Shown here: piece after piece, positions 37,437 through 51,185 of the stretch
Numbering within the stretch: the first letter of the stretch is position 1
Layout: every line of letters begins with the position of its first letter
From: the human T2T-CHM13v2.0 reference genome, Homo sapiens
Assembly (NCBI RefSeq): GCF_009914755.1
Contig: NC_060926.1
Strand: one strand, 5' to 3'
DNA: 64,000 bases
Notes under the pieces: generated by a model
Told to the model about the DNA's origin: nothing
Seen by the model: only the letters and a program-made list of their open reading frames with translations
The model's database searches: none
Position numbers and translations under genes: made by a program

Positions 37437-40400
37437 ACGAGCTCATATTTCTGAACCATGCACTGTCTCATTTAATCATGGCAATCCATTGAGGGACATT
37501 ATTTCATCCCATTTATCAAATGAAACAGAATGTTTGACAAAAAGAGTTGTCTGGTATAACATCGCGGATAAGTATGAAAACCTGAGTTCAGGCCCGTGCA
37601 GTCTGTTTCCAGAGCTTTGACTCTTAACAGAATTTAGTGCACTAAATTGTCTGGAAAGAGTGGCTGGTTTCAATAATCTTCAAGCTTTCTTCAAACCCTG
37701 AGACTGTATAATTGTATGGGGGAAAAAGTCATGCCTAAAGGGGTTTGCATTAAAGATAAATTTTGTTGGCAGTGATGTCAGTTCTTGTTTTAGTATCTAA
37801 GCTTTAAGTTATGAATAAAATAAAAGTTACTGAAAATCCAATTAATCTAAATTAAAAAAACTATTGGATATTCACACGTCTACCAAGGCACAAATAAGTT
37901 GGTAGACAATGGCTGGGATCCCAGTAGATGCTCTTGGGGCTCTGGCAATAAGACTAAGCCTATAAATACCAGATGTAGTATGTCTTACAAAACCAAATAT
38001 CAGCAGTTTTGAAGCATCATGGTACTGGGTTTTTCTTCTAAAGCCAGCAGTTGATGTTAGGCTACTTTTATATCATCTCTAAACAAAGTTGTTTTATTTG
38101 GCATTTTTGAATGTTTTATCACTGAGCTATAGATTATATCATACCATCACAGTCACAGAATGTCGTTTAAAATTTGTAGTTAGGTGCATTCTTCTGTGTA
38201 CATATGCGACTCCTTCAAATATAAAAACTAGATAAATATACATAGAAGTAATGTGTGTGCAAGAGATAAGTACAGAGATTGGCCATTTGCCATTGTTATT
38301 AGGAAGAAAGGCATGCACACTGAGAGTTTTAACAAATTACAAATGCCAGGAAGAAAATAATATGGCTGTGTTTGAAAAGATCATGCTATTTACTTGACAG
38401 GCTCTGCCAGGGCAAAGTTACAGCTGTGGCCCTGCTTTGCAGATCATTTAAACAGGCTTTTCTTTATGTCACTGGCACTTTGGTCACATCCACAGAGCTT
38501 TGCCATCAGTAAATAATAATTATTATGTGTGAGAAGATAGCCGACAAGCAGCTCCAGTGTCAACACCACCATAAATGAATCAACAGACGCACACATTCGT
38601 TTCAATGGGTTTTGTTTAGTTTTTAATTCATGAACACTATCAGCCTTGTTAGAAGAGAAATAGAAGAAAAATCTATAGATTATAAGTTTGAAAAATTATA
38701 GTGATGTATATTACACACATATATTTGAGTGTGTGTGTATTCTAAAAAATCAAGACTGTCTTTTAATGTATTCTATCTAATCCTCTTTTTAATCTTTCTA
38801 TATTCTTTATATTTGAATGTTTCTCATATTAACATTCCTTATGTCATATCGTCTTTATATTCATCTACCTAGGCAAACATGGGATAGTGAAAAGAGTTGG
38901 ACAGCCTGATTTTAAACGTCACTACTTCCTAGCTGAGTTACTTGAATTCAGACTCAATTTCTCAATCGAAAATACCTACTGAGCAGATGAAAGGAAATTA
39001 TGAACACAAAGATGTTCTGTAAGCTATGAAGAAAGTATCACACCAAAGTCAGGTCCAAAGGTCCATTTCCTCTAGTTTTGTCTTAGGTGGAAACTCAAAA
39101 GATCTATAAACCATCTTTTAAGTAGCTAATGATGGAAATAAGCATGGATATGAATCATGGTACAGCACAATGGAAATATTTCACTGAACTCTTTTCTATT
39201 TATCCTTATTTTAGCTGTCATGGTGAACTATGAAGGCTACTGGTTACTGTTATTGTAGTAAAAGTTCCTGTAGTTGTTATCGTAGTCATTTTTCTACTGT
39301 TATAAGAAATACTATAATAGAAGCAAATTGTAGTCAGCTAAGAGAAGAAGGGGACAACCTGTGTAGGTGTGGTTGGCATTTAATAAACATTATTTAGTTA
39401 ACACATGCAAATGTACCCAACATTTCCATCTTATGTTAATCTTTGGAAATTTAAGGGAATGAAAAATGGCTTGGCAATTGTTTTGAGGCTTCATTTCTCA
39501 GAGCTTATTTGGCATTTTGGCCCTATAGGAGTAGGTGGGGCAGCAAATCCCAGATTGAATTTCTGAAGCATTCTTCTGCCTGAGCGTTTTGGAAAGTCAC
39601 ACAAGGCATTAGTAGGAGCCTCCTGTGGAAAAAAGCTCTCTTAACTTTTTTCAGGATGTGACTAGAATTTCAAATTTCTTTGCTTATAGCAAGTTAGTTG
39701 GGTATTCCTTACTTTGTTTTGTACTTAAATAAAGGAAACATTGATCCTTTAAAAGCTTTGGGGAAGGACAGAGTTTTTTATTTAACAGTCTGCCACTGGG
39801 GTGAGAGACGGGTTCAGGTTTGAATGGTACAGTGCTGTCAGGATTTTTCCAGTCTGAAAACTCCAAGGCGAGAGATGTCATCCCGAGTGGCAGACAGTGA
39901 TCCCTGCAAGATACCGGGGAGGCCGGCAGTACATAATGTATAAGGATGGAGGGGGCAAAAGAGGAGGCTGGAGAAAGAGTGGCTTCATTCCTAGTCGTGG
40001 GGTGGATTGTTCACTTTGTGTTACTCTTCTGTGATGACCAAAATGCTTCTTTAACTCAGCAAGAAGCCTATGATTTTTAGGGAAAAGAAGTGCTTCCAAT
40101 TTTAACCACACAGATTTGTATGAGGAAAGCATTAGTGCTGTTTGGTTTGTGTGTATTATATGGGTTTGGATTACAATAATTCCTCCCTTTTGTATAATGT
40201 TTTGCAGTTTTTAAAGCACTTCATGCTCTAAATCATTACCATAAACACTGATAGGAGGGTACAGATGGCTCTTCACTCATAATGGCTCCAATTTAGACCC
40301 CTACTTTTATGACCTTTTTTATTGCAAATATGATCCTCCCAGTTTTGGCTAAATCTCACCATGGTGCTTGCTTATGACTCTCACTATAGGTGACAGGAAA

Positions 40401-41600
40401 AATAAAGCTGCTCTTATGTTGATTGGCTCTAGGAGTAAAGTGGAAAAACTTGATTTTATGGATGCAGCTGTAGATGAAGCAAACCTATATGCACTTGAAT
40501 TAGGCAACACTCTTGCAAAGCCATTGTCTATCTGTATCTATCTTTCAAAGAGCTGCCCCAAGACATCAAAGGCGGAAATTTTTACTGCAAGCAAAAGCTT
40601 TTTAGAGCACTTCTGGAAGATGGCAAAACATTAGCTGTACAGGGAAGAAGCCATAAGAACCAACAGAGTGGCATCAAATAATTTGCCCACAAAGTCTGCT
40701 AAAGATGAAGGCTATTGTATGCTATGAGTATTCAGTAATAATAAAATTGGGTGCAGAGATGGGAAGAGGATGAGGAGTAGTGACAGAAGGAGAAAAGGAA
40801 GAGGACACAGCAACATGGAAAACTTGAACATTCAAAGAAATGTCTACCCACTGAATTTATGGATAGAAATTTTGGACAGATGGCCCTAATTTTGATCACA
40901 GTTTGAAAGTCCTTAGAGCACTGAAGCATTTACTTGCTCTGGGGAGATTTATCCGAAAAATAAAATATCGTTAGTTGGAATTTCTTTGGATTTGTGTTTT
41001 TGAAAGCGTCAGCCAGTTAGTTGATAAAGAAGTATCTTCCAAAAGATCATGTACAACGTTGACTTTTTCTTTTTAAACTTAGAAAATCATTGTAAAAGCA
41101 TATCTTTGTTTTTGCATGATTGATTTTGGTATTTTATAGTGTAAAACGGGTCTCCAGGAATACTGTCTTCACTAATAACCTTAGAGATAATAAAGGTTTA
41201 ACTTATGGAAGCTTAGCTTGTGACCAATATCTAGGAATAAATTAGAGCTTAGGTACCCATCATATTAGCCCCAGTTTATAAATGAGAAACAGATCACGAA
41301 GAAGTAAAACAATTTGCTGACTTCCCCTAAAAAGGCAGCCGGGGTCATGTAATGCCACATTACCAGGCTGAAATGTAATAATGTTTCCCTTTATCTCCCT
41401 ACCTGAGAAACATGTTTTTCAGACCATGAAGCAAATACTCATATGACATTTGAAGGACTCAAGTTTTCATATGTTGGCAACATCAAGTACATTAGTTGAT
41501 GAACATATTATACTTGTTATCAACTATTACCAATGTTTAAATACCATTAAATTCTAACAGATAAAGACAATTTAGAGCAAGGTAAGTATAAGCATACAGT

Positions 41601-42422
41601 TGAAGCGGGAAAAGTTCCCTTGTCCCCCTCGCAGGGCGTGAGATGAGGGTGTGACTTGCTTCTTCAGTGCCCCGCTGCACAAGCCTGTAGGGGAGTCTAC
41701 AGACGGGCAGGGAGCCCCATGGCAGTGTCTAGGGGTGAATGTTTACAGCTCCTGAAGCCCCAATGGGCGTGTGTTACACGGTGCTCTTTTAGTTTAGCCA
41801 TCCATAGGCTGCTTGTGTTAGCTCAATTAAACCCCTGCCTTATCACAAGGGCAGAGGGCTTTCTGTATCCTGGGGTTCTTGGGTTGGTGTACCAGAAGAA
41901 TTGGATCACACATAGGCTCAGAGAATGAGTGCAAGGTTTTATTGAGTTGAAGTAGCTCTCAGCAGATGGGGGAGCAGAAGGGAGATGGTTTTCCCCTGGA
42001 GCTCAGCAGCCTGGGCTCTCCTCAGACTGCCCCAGCCAAACTCCGTGTCATTCTGCAGGGGTGGTCTGTGGCCTGCTGCAGTGGTTGGTGGCCTGCCGGC
42101 GTGCTGGTACTTGTCGGTGCATTCCTCTCGACGTCCAGCTGCCCATGTGTTCTTCTGCTGATGCACTCCTCTTGATGTCCAGCTGCCTGGATGTCTGCCT
42201 GCTAGGGTCTGGGGTTTTTATAGGCACAGGATGGGAGCGTGGCAGGCCAGGGTGGTCTTGGGAAATGCAACATTTGGGCAGGAAAACAAAAATGCCTGTC
42301 CTCACCTAGGTCCATGGGCAGAGGCCATGGGGTAAAGCCCTAGCCAGGGATCACGCACTCCTCCCTTCCATATCATTTAAAGGGACCACACTTCCTTTCC
42401 CAGCATTTCCTTTCATGTATCA
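41601..42422 (-). mobile_element. ERV1 solo LTR (MER52/LTR27/LTR28-like)
   Basis: TG...CA ends, 4-bp TSD CAGT, and TATAAAA (~42220) and AATAAA (~41940) on the minus strand. Confidence 0.85.
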
Positions 42423-42840
42423 CAGTAATGCTTTGGAATTAACCACCTGCTCATCTTGAAAATAAGTAAGTAACCACTTTATTGTTTCAGTGGAAGGCAT
42501 GTCCCTTCTTCAGACTCAATCTAATCTACCTGGAATCCATCCTTTCCTGCCTTTTCCAGGAAATCGTTATTGTTCCTCACTCTCCCCTACCTTCAACCTC
42601 TTTCTCTGTCCACTGGTGTTTATGAGCCTAAATGGTCAGAAAAGGCTCAAGCCTCTCCCACTTTTACACACACACACATACACACACACACCTCATTCAA
42701 CCAGCTATCTCTTTATCTTTCTTTTACCTCTTAAAACCAAGCTTCCTAAAAGTGTTTCCCATAGTCACTCACTGTCTTTATATCTCTTTTCCCACTAAAC
42801 ACTCAACTCACTGTAACCTAGTTTTTGCTACTTCATTCTT

Positions 42841-43413
<573 letters not shown>

Positions 43414-43552
43414 TACTTCATTCTTTTACAGTCCTTTTCTCCAAGTCATAAACTACCTTTATTTGCTACATCTGATGCCTACTTCTTTATACTTTCTTTT
43501 ACTTTTCAGTAACATTTGACACTATCAGTCATTCCCTCCCTTCCTTTCTCTC

Positions 43553-43837
43553 TCTTTTTTTTTGAGACAGGGGGTCTCACTCTGTCACCCAGGCTGGAGT
43601 GCAGTGGTACGATGTCAACCTCTGCTTCCTGGGCTCAAGTGATCCTCCCACCTCGGCCTCAGCCCCCAAGTAGCTGGGACTACAGGTGTGCACCATCATG
43701 CACGGCTAACTTTTGTATTTTTAATAGAGACAGGGTTTCACGATGTTGCCCAGGCTGGTCTAGAACTCCTGAACTCAAGCAATCCGCCTTGACCTCCCAA
43801 AATGCTGGGATTACAGGCTTGAGCAACCATTCCCAGC
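43553..43837 (-). mobile_element. Alu (AluJ-like)
   Basis: Diverged dimeric Alu. Confidence 0.87.
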
Positions 43838-43874
43838 TTCTTTCTCTTTTTTTCCTCCCTTCCTCCTTCTCACC

Positions 43875-44941
43875 TATCGGGGAACCTGCCCCGATAGTCA
43901 CATAGGTTCTTTTCTCTTTTCCCTAAGCGTCGGCCGGTTTGATAAATAAAGGGACAGAGTACAAAAGAGAGAAATTTTAAAGCTGGGTGTCTTGGGGAGA
44001 CATCACATGTCGGTAGGTTCCGTGATGCCCTCCAAGCCACAAAACCAGCAAGTTTTTATTAGGGATTTTCAAAAGGGGAGGGAGTGTGCGAATAGATGTG
44101 GGTCACAGACATCAAGTACTTTACAAGGTAATAGAATATCACAAGGCAAGTGGAGGCAGGGTGAGATTACAGGACCACAGGACCAGGGCGAAATTAAAAT
44201 TGCTAATGAAGTTTCGGGCACCATTGTCATTGATAACATCTTATCAGGAAACAGGATTTTGAGAGCAACCAGTCTGACCAAAATTATTAGGCGGGAATTT
44301 CCTCTTCCTAATAAGCCTGGGAGCGCTATGGGAGACTGGGGTCTATTTCACCCCTACAACCTCCACCATAAAAGACGGCCACGCCCAAGGGAGCCAGTTT
44401 AGAGACCCACCCCCAGGCGCGTATTCTCTTTCCCAGGGATGTTCCATGCTGAGAAAAAGAATTCAGTGATATTTCTCCCATTTGCCTTTGAAAGAAGAGA
44501 AATATGGCTCTGTTCCACCCGGCTCACCGGCGGTCAGAGTTTAAGGTTATCTCTCTTATTCCCTGAACAATTGCTATTATCCTGTTCTTTTTTCAAGGTG
44601 CCCAGATTTCATACTGCTCAAACATACATGCTGTACAATTTGTGCATTAATGCAATTATTACAGGGTCCTGAGGTGACATACATCCTCCTCAGCTGACAG
44701 GATTAGGAGATTAAAGTAAAGACAGGCATAGGAAATCACCAGGGTATTGATTGGGGAAGTCATAAGTGTCCATGAAATCTGTACAATTTATGTTTAGAGA
44801 TTGCAGTAAAGACAGGCATAAGAAATTATAAAAGTATTAATTTGAGGAACTAATAAATGTCCATGAAATCTTCACAATCTACGTTCTTCTGCCATGGCTT
44901 CAACTGGTCCCTCCATTTGGGGTCCCTGTCTTCCCGCAACA
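43875..44941 (-). mobile_element. MER11 solo LTR (HERV-K11/HML-8; length fits MER11C)
   Basis: Begins TGTTGCGGGAAGACAGGGACCCC and ends GGTTCCCCGATA on the minus strand; 6-bp TSD CTCACC; 1067 bp. Confidence 0.9.
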
Positions 44942-45766
44942 CTCACCCACCCTCCCTCTTTTCCCCCCTTCTTTCTCTCTTTTTAAGTATCTTTTACTGG
45001 CTGAATAACAATTCCTTTCTTTTTCTTTCTCTCTCCCTCACTTTCATCTACTCCCACTTTCTCTCTCCCTTCCTTCCTTTTTTCCCCCTCTTTCTCTCTT
45101 TAAGTATCATTTACTGGCTGAGTAACAATTTCTTTCTTTTTCAGAAGAAAACCCTAAACATACATTTACAGGGGATATTGTAAAGGGTCAATAACAGTAA
45201 AGTCGCATTGCTTCCCACACATAAAATAAATGTTGATCATCCTTGGATGCTCCTCCAGACTTTTCCTGTGAAGTTCCTCACTCCCATCTGAGTTTCTTCC
45301 CCTGCTAACAAATTTCCTGCCGAACTGGCTGCCACTCCCAATTCTCTTCCCCAGTCTTAGGAAAAGGACATGTGTCACCCAGGCTTCAGGGAGAACTTGC
45401 CTTCAACTCTGAGGAGAAGGAATGTATTGCCACTAGCTTTTAAGTCCACTTGTTAAAAGAACTGTGAAATCAATCTAGACTTATCCTTTGCATTGAAGTT
45501 TATGGCTGGGCTGAGACTAAAGGGGCCATGAGTGACACTGGAAGATCTTCAGACATTGGAGGCTTGCAGAGCAAGCTGTGGGACAGGGAAGGCCACGTGG
45601 CAGCAGGGAAAGGATTTGAATGGGGGGCTCCTTGGACAAATTTGGGGCCAGAAGCTAGAGCAAAGGATGGTTGGGGGTAAAAGGGAGGCTGCCAGCACAG
45701 GGCATGGGCAACTTACTGGGGTGATGCCTCTCCATGCCTCAGGAAATGGGGTATCCCACGTCAGGG

Positions 45767-46255
45767 TGTGTCTGGAGTTGGTTCCTTCTGGTGGGTTCTT
45801 GGTCTCGCTGACTTCAAGAATGGAGCTGCGGACTTTTGTGATGAGTGTTACAGCTCTTGAAGATGTCACGGACCCAGAGAGTTAGCACCAGCAAGATTTA
45901 TTGTGAAGAGCTAAAGAACAAAGCTTCCACACCATGGAAGGGAACCCAAGTGGGTTGCTGCTGCTGGCTGGGGTGGCCAGGTTTTATTCTTTTATTTGTC
46001 CCCGCCCACATCCTGCTGATTGGTCCATTTTACAGAGTGCAGATTGGTCCATTTTACAGAGTGCTGATTGGTCCATTTTACAGAGCACTGATTGGTCCAT
46101 TTTACAAACCTCTAGCTAGCCACAGAACACTGACTGGTGCATTTTACAATCCTAGCTACAGAGTGCTGATTGGTGCATTTTATAATCCTCTTGTAAGACA
46201 GAAAAGTTCTCCAAGTCCCCACCCGACCCAGAAGCCCAGCTGGCTTCACCTCTCA
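45767..46255 (-). mobile_element. LTR12-family solo LTR (short, LTR12F-like; HERV9)
   Basis: Begins TGAGAGGTGAAGCCAGCTGG and ends CCAGACACA on the minus strand; 24-bp CCAAT-box repeats. Confidence 0.9.
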
Positions 46256-46904
46256 AAGGGGGGTCACAGAGGCCATCCCCAGTTTCCCAGAGCCAGGGCA
46301 GGGCTGTAAAGGATAAGGGATTCTCATGGACCCAAAGGCTGATGGAGCTGGGAGGAAGCCCAGCTGCCTCAGCTGCCCTGGGGTCTCTGCCAAAGACCCC
46401 CACTCCGTGGTCTCAGATGTTGCTGCTGTTGCTGCCACCATCAGGCAGTCACATCCCCGGGGATGTCCACCACAGGATCCACCGTCCCCACACTGGTGGG
46501 GGCTGTGGATGCTTGAGAGGCTCCTCGGCTGCAAGATCCGGGAACTGAGTCTGGCTCCAGTGCTGCTCGAGGACAGAGGCCCACCCTGGCTGCTGCTGGG
46601 ATAGATTCACCTGCTCTTTCTTGAAACTTCCTCCTCCCTGGCTTTCCATGTTGCAAACTTTCTTTGTTCTTCTACCTCTCTTGTCGTTTCTGTCTCCTTG
46701 ACTCTTCTTCTGCCTGTGCCAGAAATGTTGTTGTTCCTCATGGTTCCTCATAGACCCCTTTCTTCTATTACTGGAAAATTTCATCTACTTCTGTGTTGTC
46801 AGCTCCCATTAGGAAGAAAACGTAAGTTTATAGTTCTACCCCAAATCTCTTCTCCTGAAAGTCTAACTTGGATCTTTACTTTGAAGTCCTACAGACACTT
46901 ACTT

Positions 46905-47375
46905 TAGTTTGGATTCCCCTACCCTCAAGTAGAGCCTAGGACTATGGCTTACCTGAATGAAGTTTTTCTGGGAAGGTAATTCCAGGAAGCAGGAGTGAGG
47001 GAGCAGGAATAGTGACATATGGAAGGAGAAAAGCCAGTAAAGGGTACATTGCTGAGCTGATAATCACTGTGGGCATAGACTGGTTATCATCATCCATGTC
47101 ACTTAGAATTGTTTCTCTGGAGGCTGGGGGGCTGGGGCGTTGTTCACCAATTCCCAGCACCCATTGGTTGAGGACTGCCACCAGGAAATGGTAGCTGAGG
47201 CACATTTGAGCTATACTTTTGCCAGGTTGAGGGATTTCCCAATTCTGGAGAAAGCTGTGAGGAGAAAAGCAAAAGTGATGGTGTCAGAGTGCAGGGACAT
47301 GTTCCCCACAGCTGCACTGGCATCAGAGGTGAGCCAACAGGGTAGAAAGCAGGGCACAAAGTGCATTGCTATACA
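46905..47375 (-). mobile_element. Old MaLR LTR (MLT1K/L-like)
   Basis: Resembles the MLT1 consensus (gggaaggtaattccaggaagcaggagtgagggag...gccagtaaagggtac). Confidence 0.5.
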
Positions 47376-47512
47376 ACATTCCAAAACAGAACCAGCTCCC
47401 CAGCATCTGGTTCTCTTTTTGTCACCCTATCTCAAGGGCTGGCACGTCCCCTCAAAACCCTTCAGTGGCCCTCCTTTGTACTTAGAATGGCCAGCTTCTG
47501 ACTATGGCCTTC

Positions 47513-47955
47513 TGATAGTTGCAGGAGGCAGATAAGGGTAGGGATTGGTCAGTTAGCGGGGGAAGGTTGTCCCCGGACAATCTCTGACCCACCCCACAAG
47601 TGTTTACATCAGATGCTTTTGTGCAGATAAGGGAACCTGTCCAGAGTTTTGTCTGTGCATGCCCGCAACAGACTGGTGACCCACCTGCACACTGAGAGAC
47701 TGGGGTGGAGCCACAGGAATTTCGCACCTTGTGCAGCGGGGAGGAGCCTGGCCGCTTCAGCTCATGTGTGGTGGCCTGGTATTCAATCAGTGAGGTGGGA
47801 GACAGTTAGCATACTCCCTTCTTTTTTCACTGAGAGCTTTCTTTTAATAAATTTCCCTCTCCTCACCTTTCAGTTTATCTGCGTTCCTAATATTTCCTGG
47901 TCGTGTTACAAGAACCTGGTTTTAGCTGAACTAAGCAGCAAAAAATACTGTATCA
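47513..47955 (+). mobile_element. ERV1-type solo LTR (subfamily not assigned)
   Basis: TGATA...TATCA termini, 4-bp TSD CTTC, AATAAA at ~47846. Confidence 0.8.
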
Positions 47956-48727
47956 CTTCTACCCCCGCTTACCTCACCATCCTCATCTCTCAACATTCCC
48001 CACCCCACTGTCTCCATTCCAGCCTTGCTGATCATTCAGTTCTGTGGGTACATTGTGCTTTCTCTCATATCTAGGTTTTTACACACGTTGTCCCTCATCC
48101 TGGAACATTCTCTCTCCAGCCCTCTTTTCCCTTAATTCTTATTTGCCACCTGTTTTCAGATTAGCTGCAACTTCTTGATGATCGTCCATATCTAGATTAG
48201 GTGCCCCTCTGTCTCTTCCTATACCATCTTACGCTTTCCTGTCAGAACACTTGCATGATATTATAACAGCCTGTTCACTTGTCTGGAGCCCTCTCTAGAC
48301 TATGAACCCTGTGAGGAAAAGATCTGTCTGCATCCTGTTCACCATTTCATGCCCAATGCTTACCGTAGAGTCCTAGACATAGCTGACCCTCAGTAAATGA
48401 TTGAATCAATATCTCGAGTGTTAATAGAGCATTAATTCTAACTGTGTGGCAGGGTCTCCCAACACGTCTCAGAAAACTTAAGCATTCAGCTGCGTCTTGA
48501 AGAGATGTAAAAGCGCTGAGGCTGGATTGTTCAGGATACGATAAAGTTTGGTCGCCTAGAACACACAGTACTCAGTAGAGCATGGCAAAGATGAGACTGG
48601 TCTCTCACTTTATGGCCAGATTGCAAAGGGCCTTGAATGATCTTGGATTTTATGGAGTAGACAGCGGTAGAACCATTGAGGAAGTTTTAAGAAGACAGTA
48701 CTTAGTCATTTGGGTTGTAGAAAGATA

Positions 48728-49076
<349 letters not shown>

Positions 49077-49418
49077 TTAATGGCCATAGAAAAACAGAGG
49101 TAAGAAATTCAGTTAGGTCACAATTATAGTAGATAACAAGATCTGGAAAGCAGTAGCAGTGGGAATAAGGAAGAGGACTGGATTTGAGACCTTTTAGAGG
49201 TAGATTAGATAAGGACTCAGTGACTGTTTGGAGACAAAGGGTGAAAAAAGAAGCAGTATATACTGACTTTGCATTTGGATGCTTGGGAAGATGGTGATGT
49301 CACTAACAGCTGGTGAATATAGTTCAGTTTTAGATAAAAGTGAGTTTAAAGCACCTGGGTAATGAGAAAAGTTGAGAAAGAAACTGAAAGTTTGAGTCTG
49401 CAGCTGAGGATTGGAGGT

Positions 49419-50186
49419 TGTAGTAGGCTGAATAATGGCCCCCAAACATACCCAGATTCTAATCCCTGGGACCTGTGGATGTTACCTTACATGGCAAAAG
49501 AAACTTTACACATGTGATTAAGTTAGGGAATTTTTTTTTTTTTTGAGATGGGAGTGCAGTGGTGCAAACACAGCTCAATGCAGCCTCAACTTCCTGAGCT
49601 CAAGCAATCCTCCTGCCTCAGCCTCCTGAGTAGCTTGGACTACAGGCGTGCACCACCACGCCTGGCTAATTTTTTATTTTTTGTAGAGACAGGGTCTCAT
49701 TATGTTGTCCAGGCTGGTCTCAAACTCCTGAGCTCAAGCAATTCTCCCACCTAGGCCTCCCAAGGTGCTGGCATTACAGGGATGAGCTACCACACCCAGC
49801 CAAGTAAGGCATCTTGAGATAGGGAGATGATCCTGGAGATCCAGGTAGACCCTAAATATAGTCTCGAGTGTCCTCATAAAAGAGAGACAGAGGGAGATTT
49901 GACTACAGCAGAGGGAGTAATAGATGTAACAGTGGAAGCAAGAGGAAGGAATGATGTGAGAAGGAATCACAATCCAAGGAAAGCAATAATCTCCCAGAAG
50001 CTGGAAGAGGCAGAGAAGGGATTCTCTTCTAGAGCCTCCAGGAGAAACCAGCCCTGCTGATACATTGACTTTAGCCTGTTGGAACTGACTTCAGACTTCT
50101 GGCCTTTAGAACTATAAGATAGTACATGGTATTTTTTAACCACCAGATTTGTGATAAAGTTGTTTCAGCAGCTATAGAAAACACAC
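49419..50186 (+). mobile_element. MLT1D-like MaLR LTR interrupted by an Alu (49531-49802)
   Basis: tgtagtaggctgaataatggcccc...ctagagcctccaggag...cagcagctatagaaaac. Confidence 0.8.
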
Positions 50187-50461
50187 AGAGGTATAGGTCA
50201 GGGACTAATTGGTAAGGAGCACCAAAGTAGTGGGAATGAGTAAAACTGTCTAGAGGGAGAGGGCCTATAGAATGAGAAGAGGGGAGGACCAAGGAAGAAA
50301 CCCTTGAAATTGACTTTTAAGCCTCAGGCAGCAGCAGAGGGACTTCCATGTCTGGCAGTATGACAGACTACATACCTTGAATGATAGCTCACTGAAAACA
50401 ACTACAAATAATTAACAAAGTATTTTTTAATCTTTTGAAGTGCATGTTTATGCTGGCAGAA

Positions 50462-50641
50462 GTAAGGAATACTCAGAGGTCAAGTATTATATGCAAGTGG
50501 AAACCCAGGAGAGGTTTCCACAGGAGAGGTTTCCATAGGAGAGGTTTCCATAGGAGAGGTTTCCACAGGAGAAGTTTCCACTTGGAGAGGTTTCTTGGGT
50601 TTCCACTTGCATCTAATACTTGACCTCTGAGTATTCCTTAC
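50462..50641. repeat. Inverted repeat (46-bp arms, 1 mismatch) enclosing a 5 x 15-bp tandem repeat
   Basis: Arms at 50462-50507 and 50596-50641; units (c/t)aggagaggtttcca at 50506-50580. Confidence 0.95.
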
Positions 50642-51185
50642 TCCTGAGTATAAGCAGAAACCTGGAGAGGTTTTTGCCTTGAGAGTATCTGCCAAATTCA
50701 CATGAGTGAATAAGTGAATACAGTGGTCAACGTGTACATAGAGTGAGTCTAACTGTAGTCCCTTCCACCTCTGCTTAGAGCTGGGTCCACAAAAGATTAC
50801 ACTGTTTGTGTAAGGATGGGTTACAAATTAACTTACTGCCTTTCCCCAAGCCCCAGAGTATTGTAAGGAAAATTGCCTGCCTTGAGACTTGACTTTAAAT
50901 GGAGGGAGAAAAAAACATCTCCCCTGAGAACTCATAACATAGCCAGCACTCACACAGTCTTGCAGCTCAAATTCACACTGTTCTTTAGAGTCCAAAAAAT
51001 TCAAGTCAAGAATTAAGTTCACAGTAAACCTTAATTTGTAGTTTCCAGGCAACTGACAGAAACAAATGCAAATCTATTCTAGAAGTACCCATCTTCAACA
51101 CAGGCCTCGATGGCTTCTCATCAATAAATTCTAAAAAAAATACAAGCTCATGGTCAAAATCACAAAATGCAAAAGGAAATAATTG

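Noticed and set aside
45845-46309. 154-aa ORF with IGPFYRVL repeats
   Set aside because: Translation of the LTR12 24-bp CCAAT repeats.
50506-50580. 15-bp repeats as a CRISPR-like array or an (RRGFH)n peptide gene
   Set aside because: The units are contiguous with no spacers, the DNA is eukaryotic, and the ORFs have no promoter or splice context. The structure is kept only as a palindrome finding.
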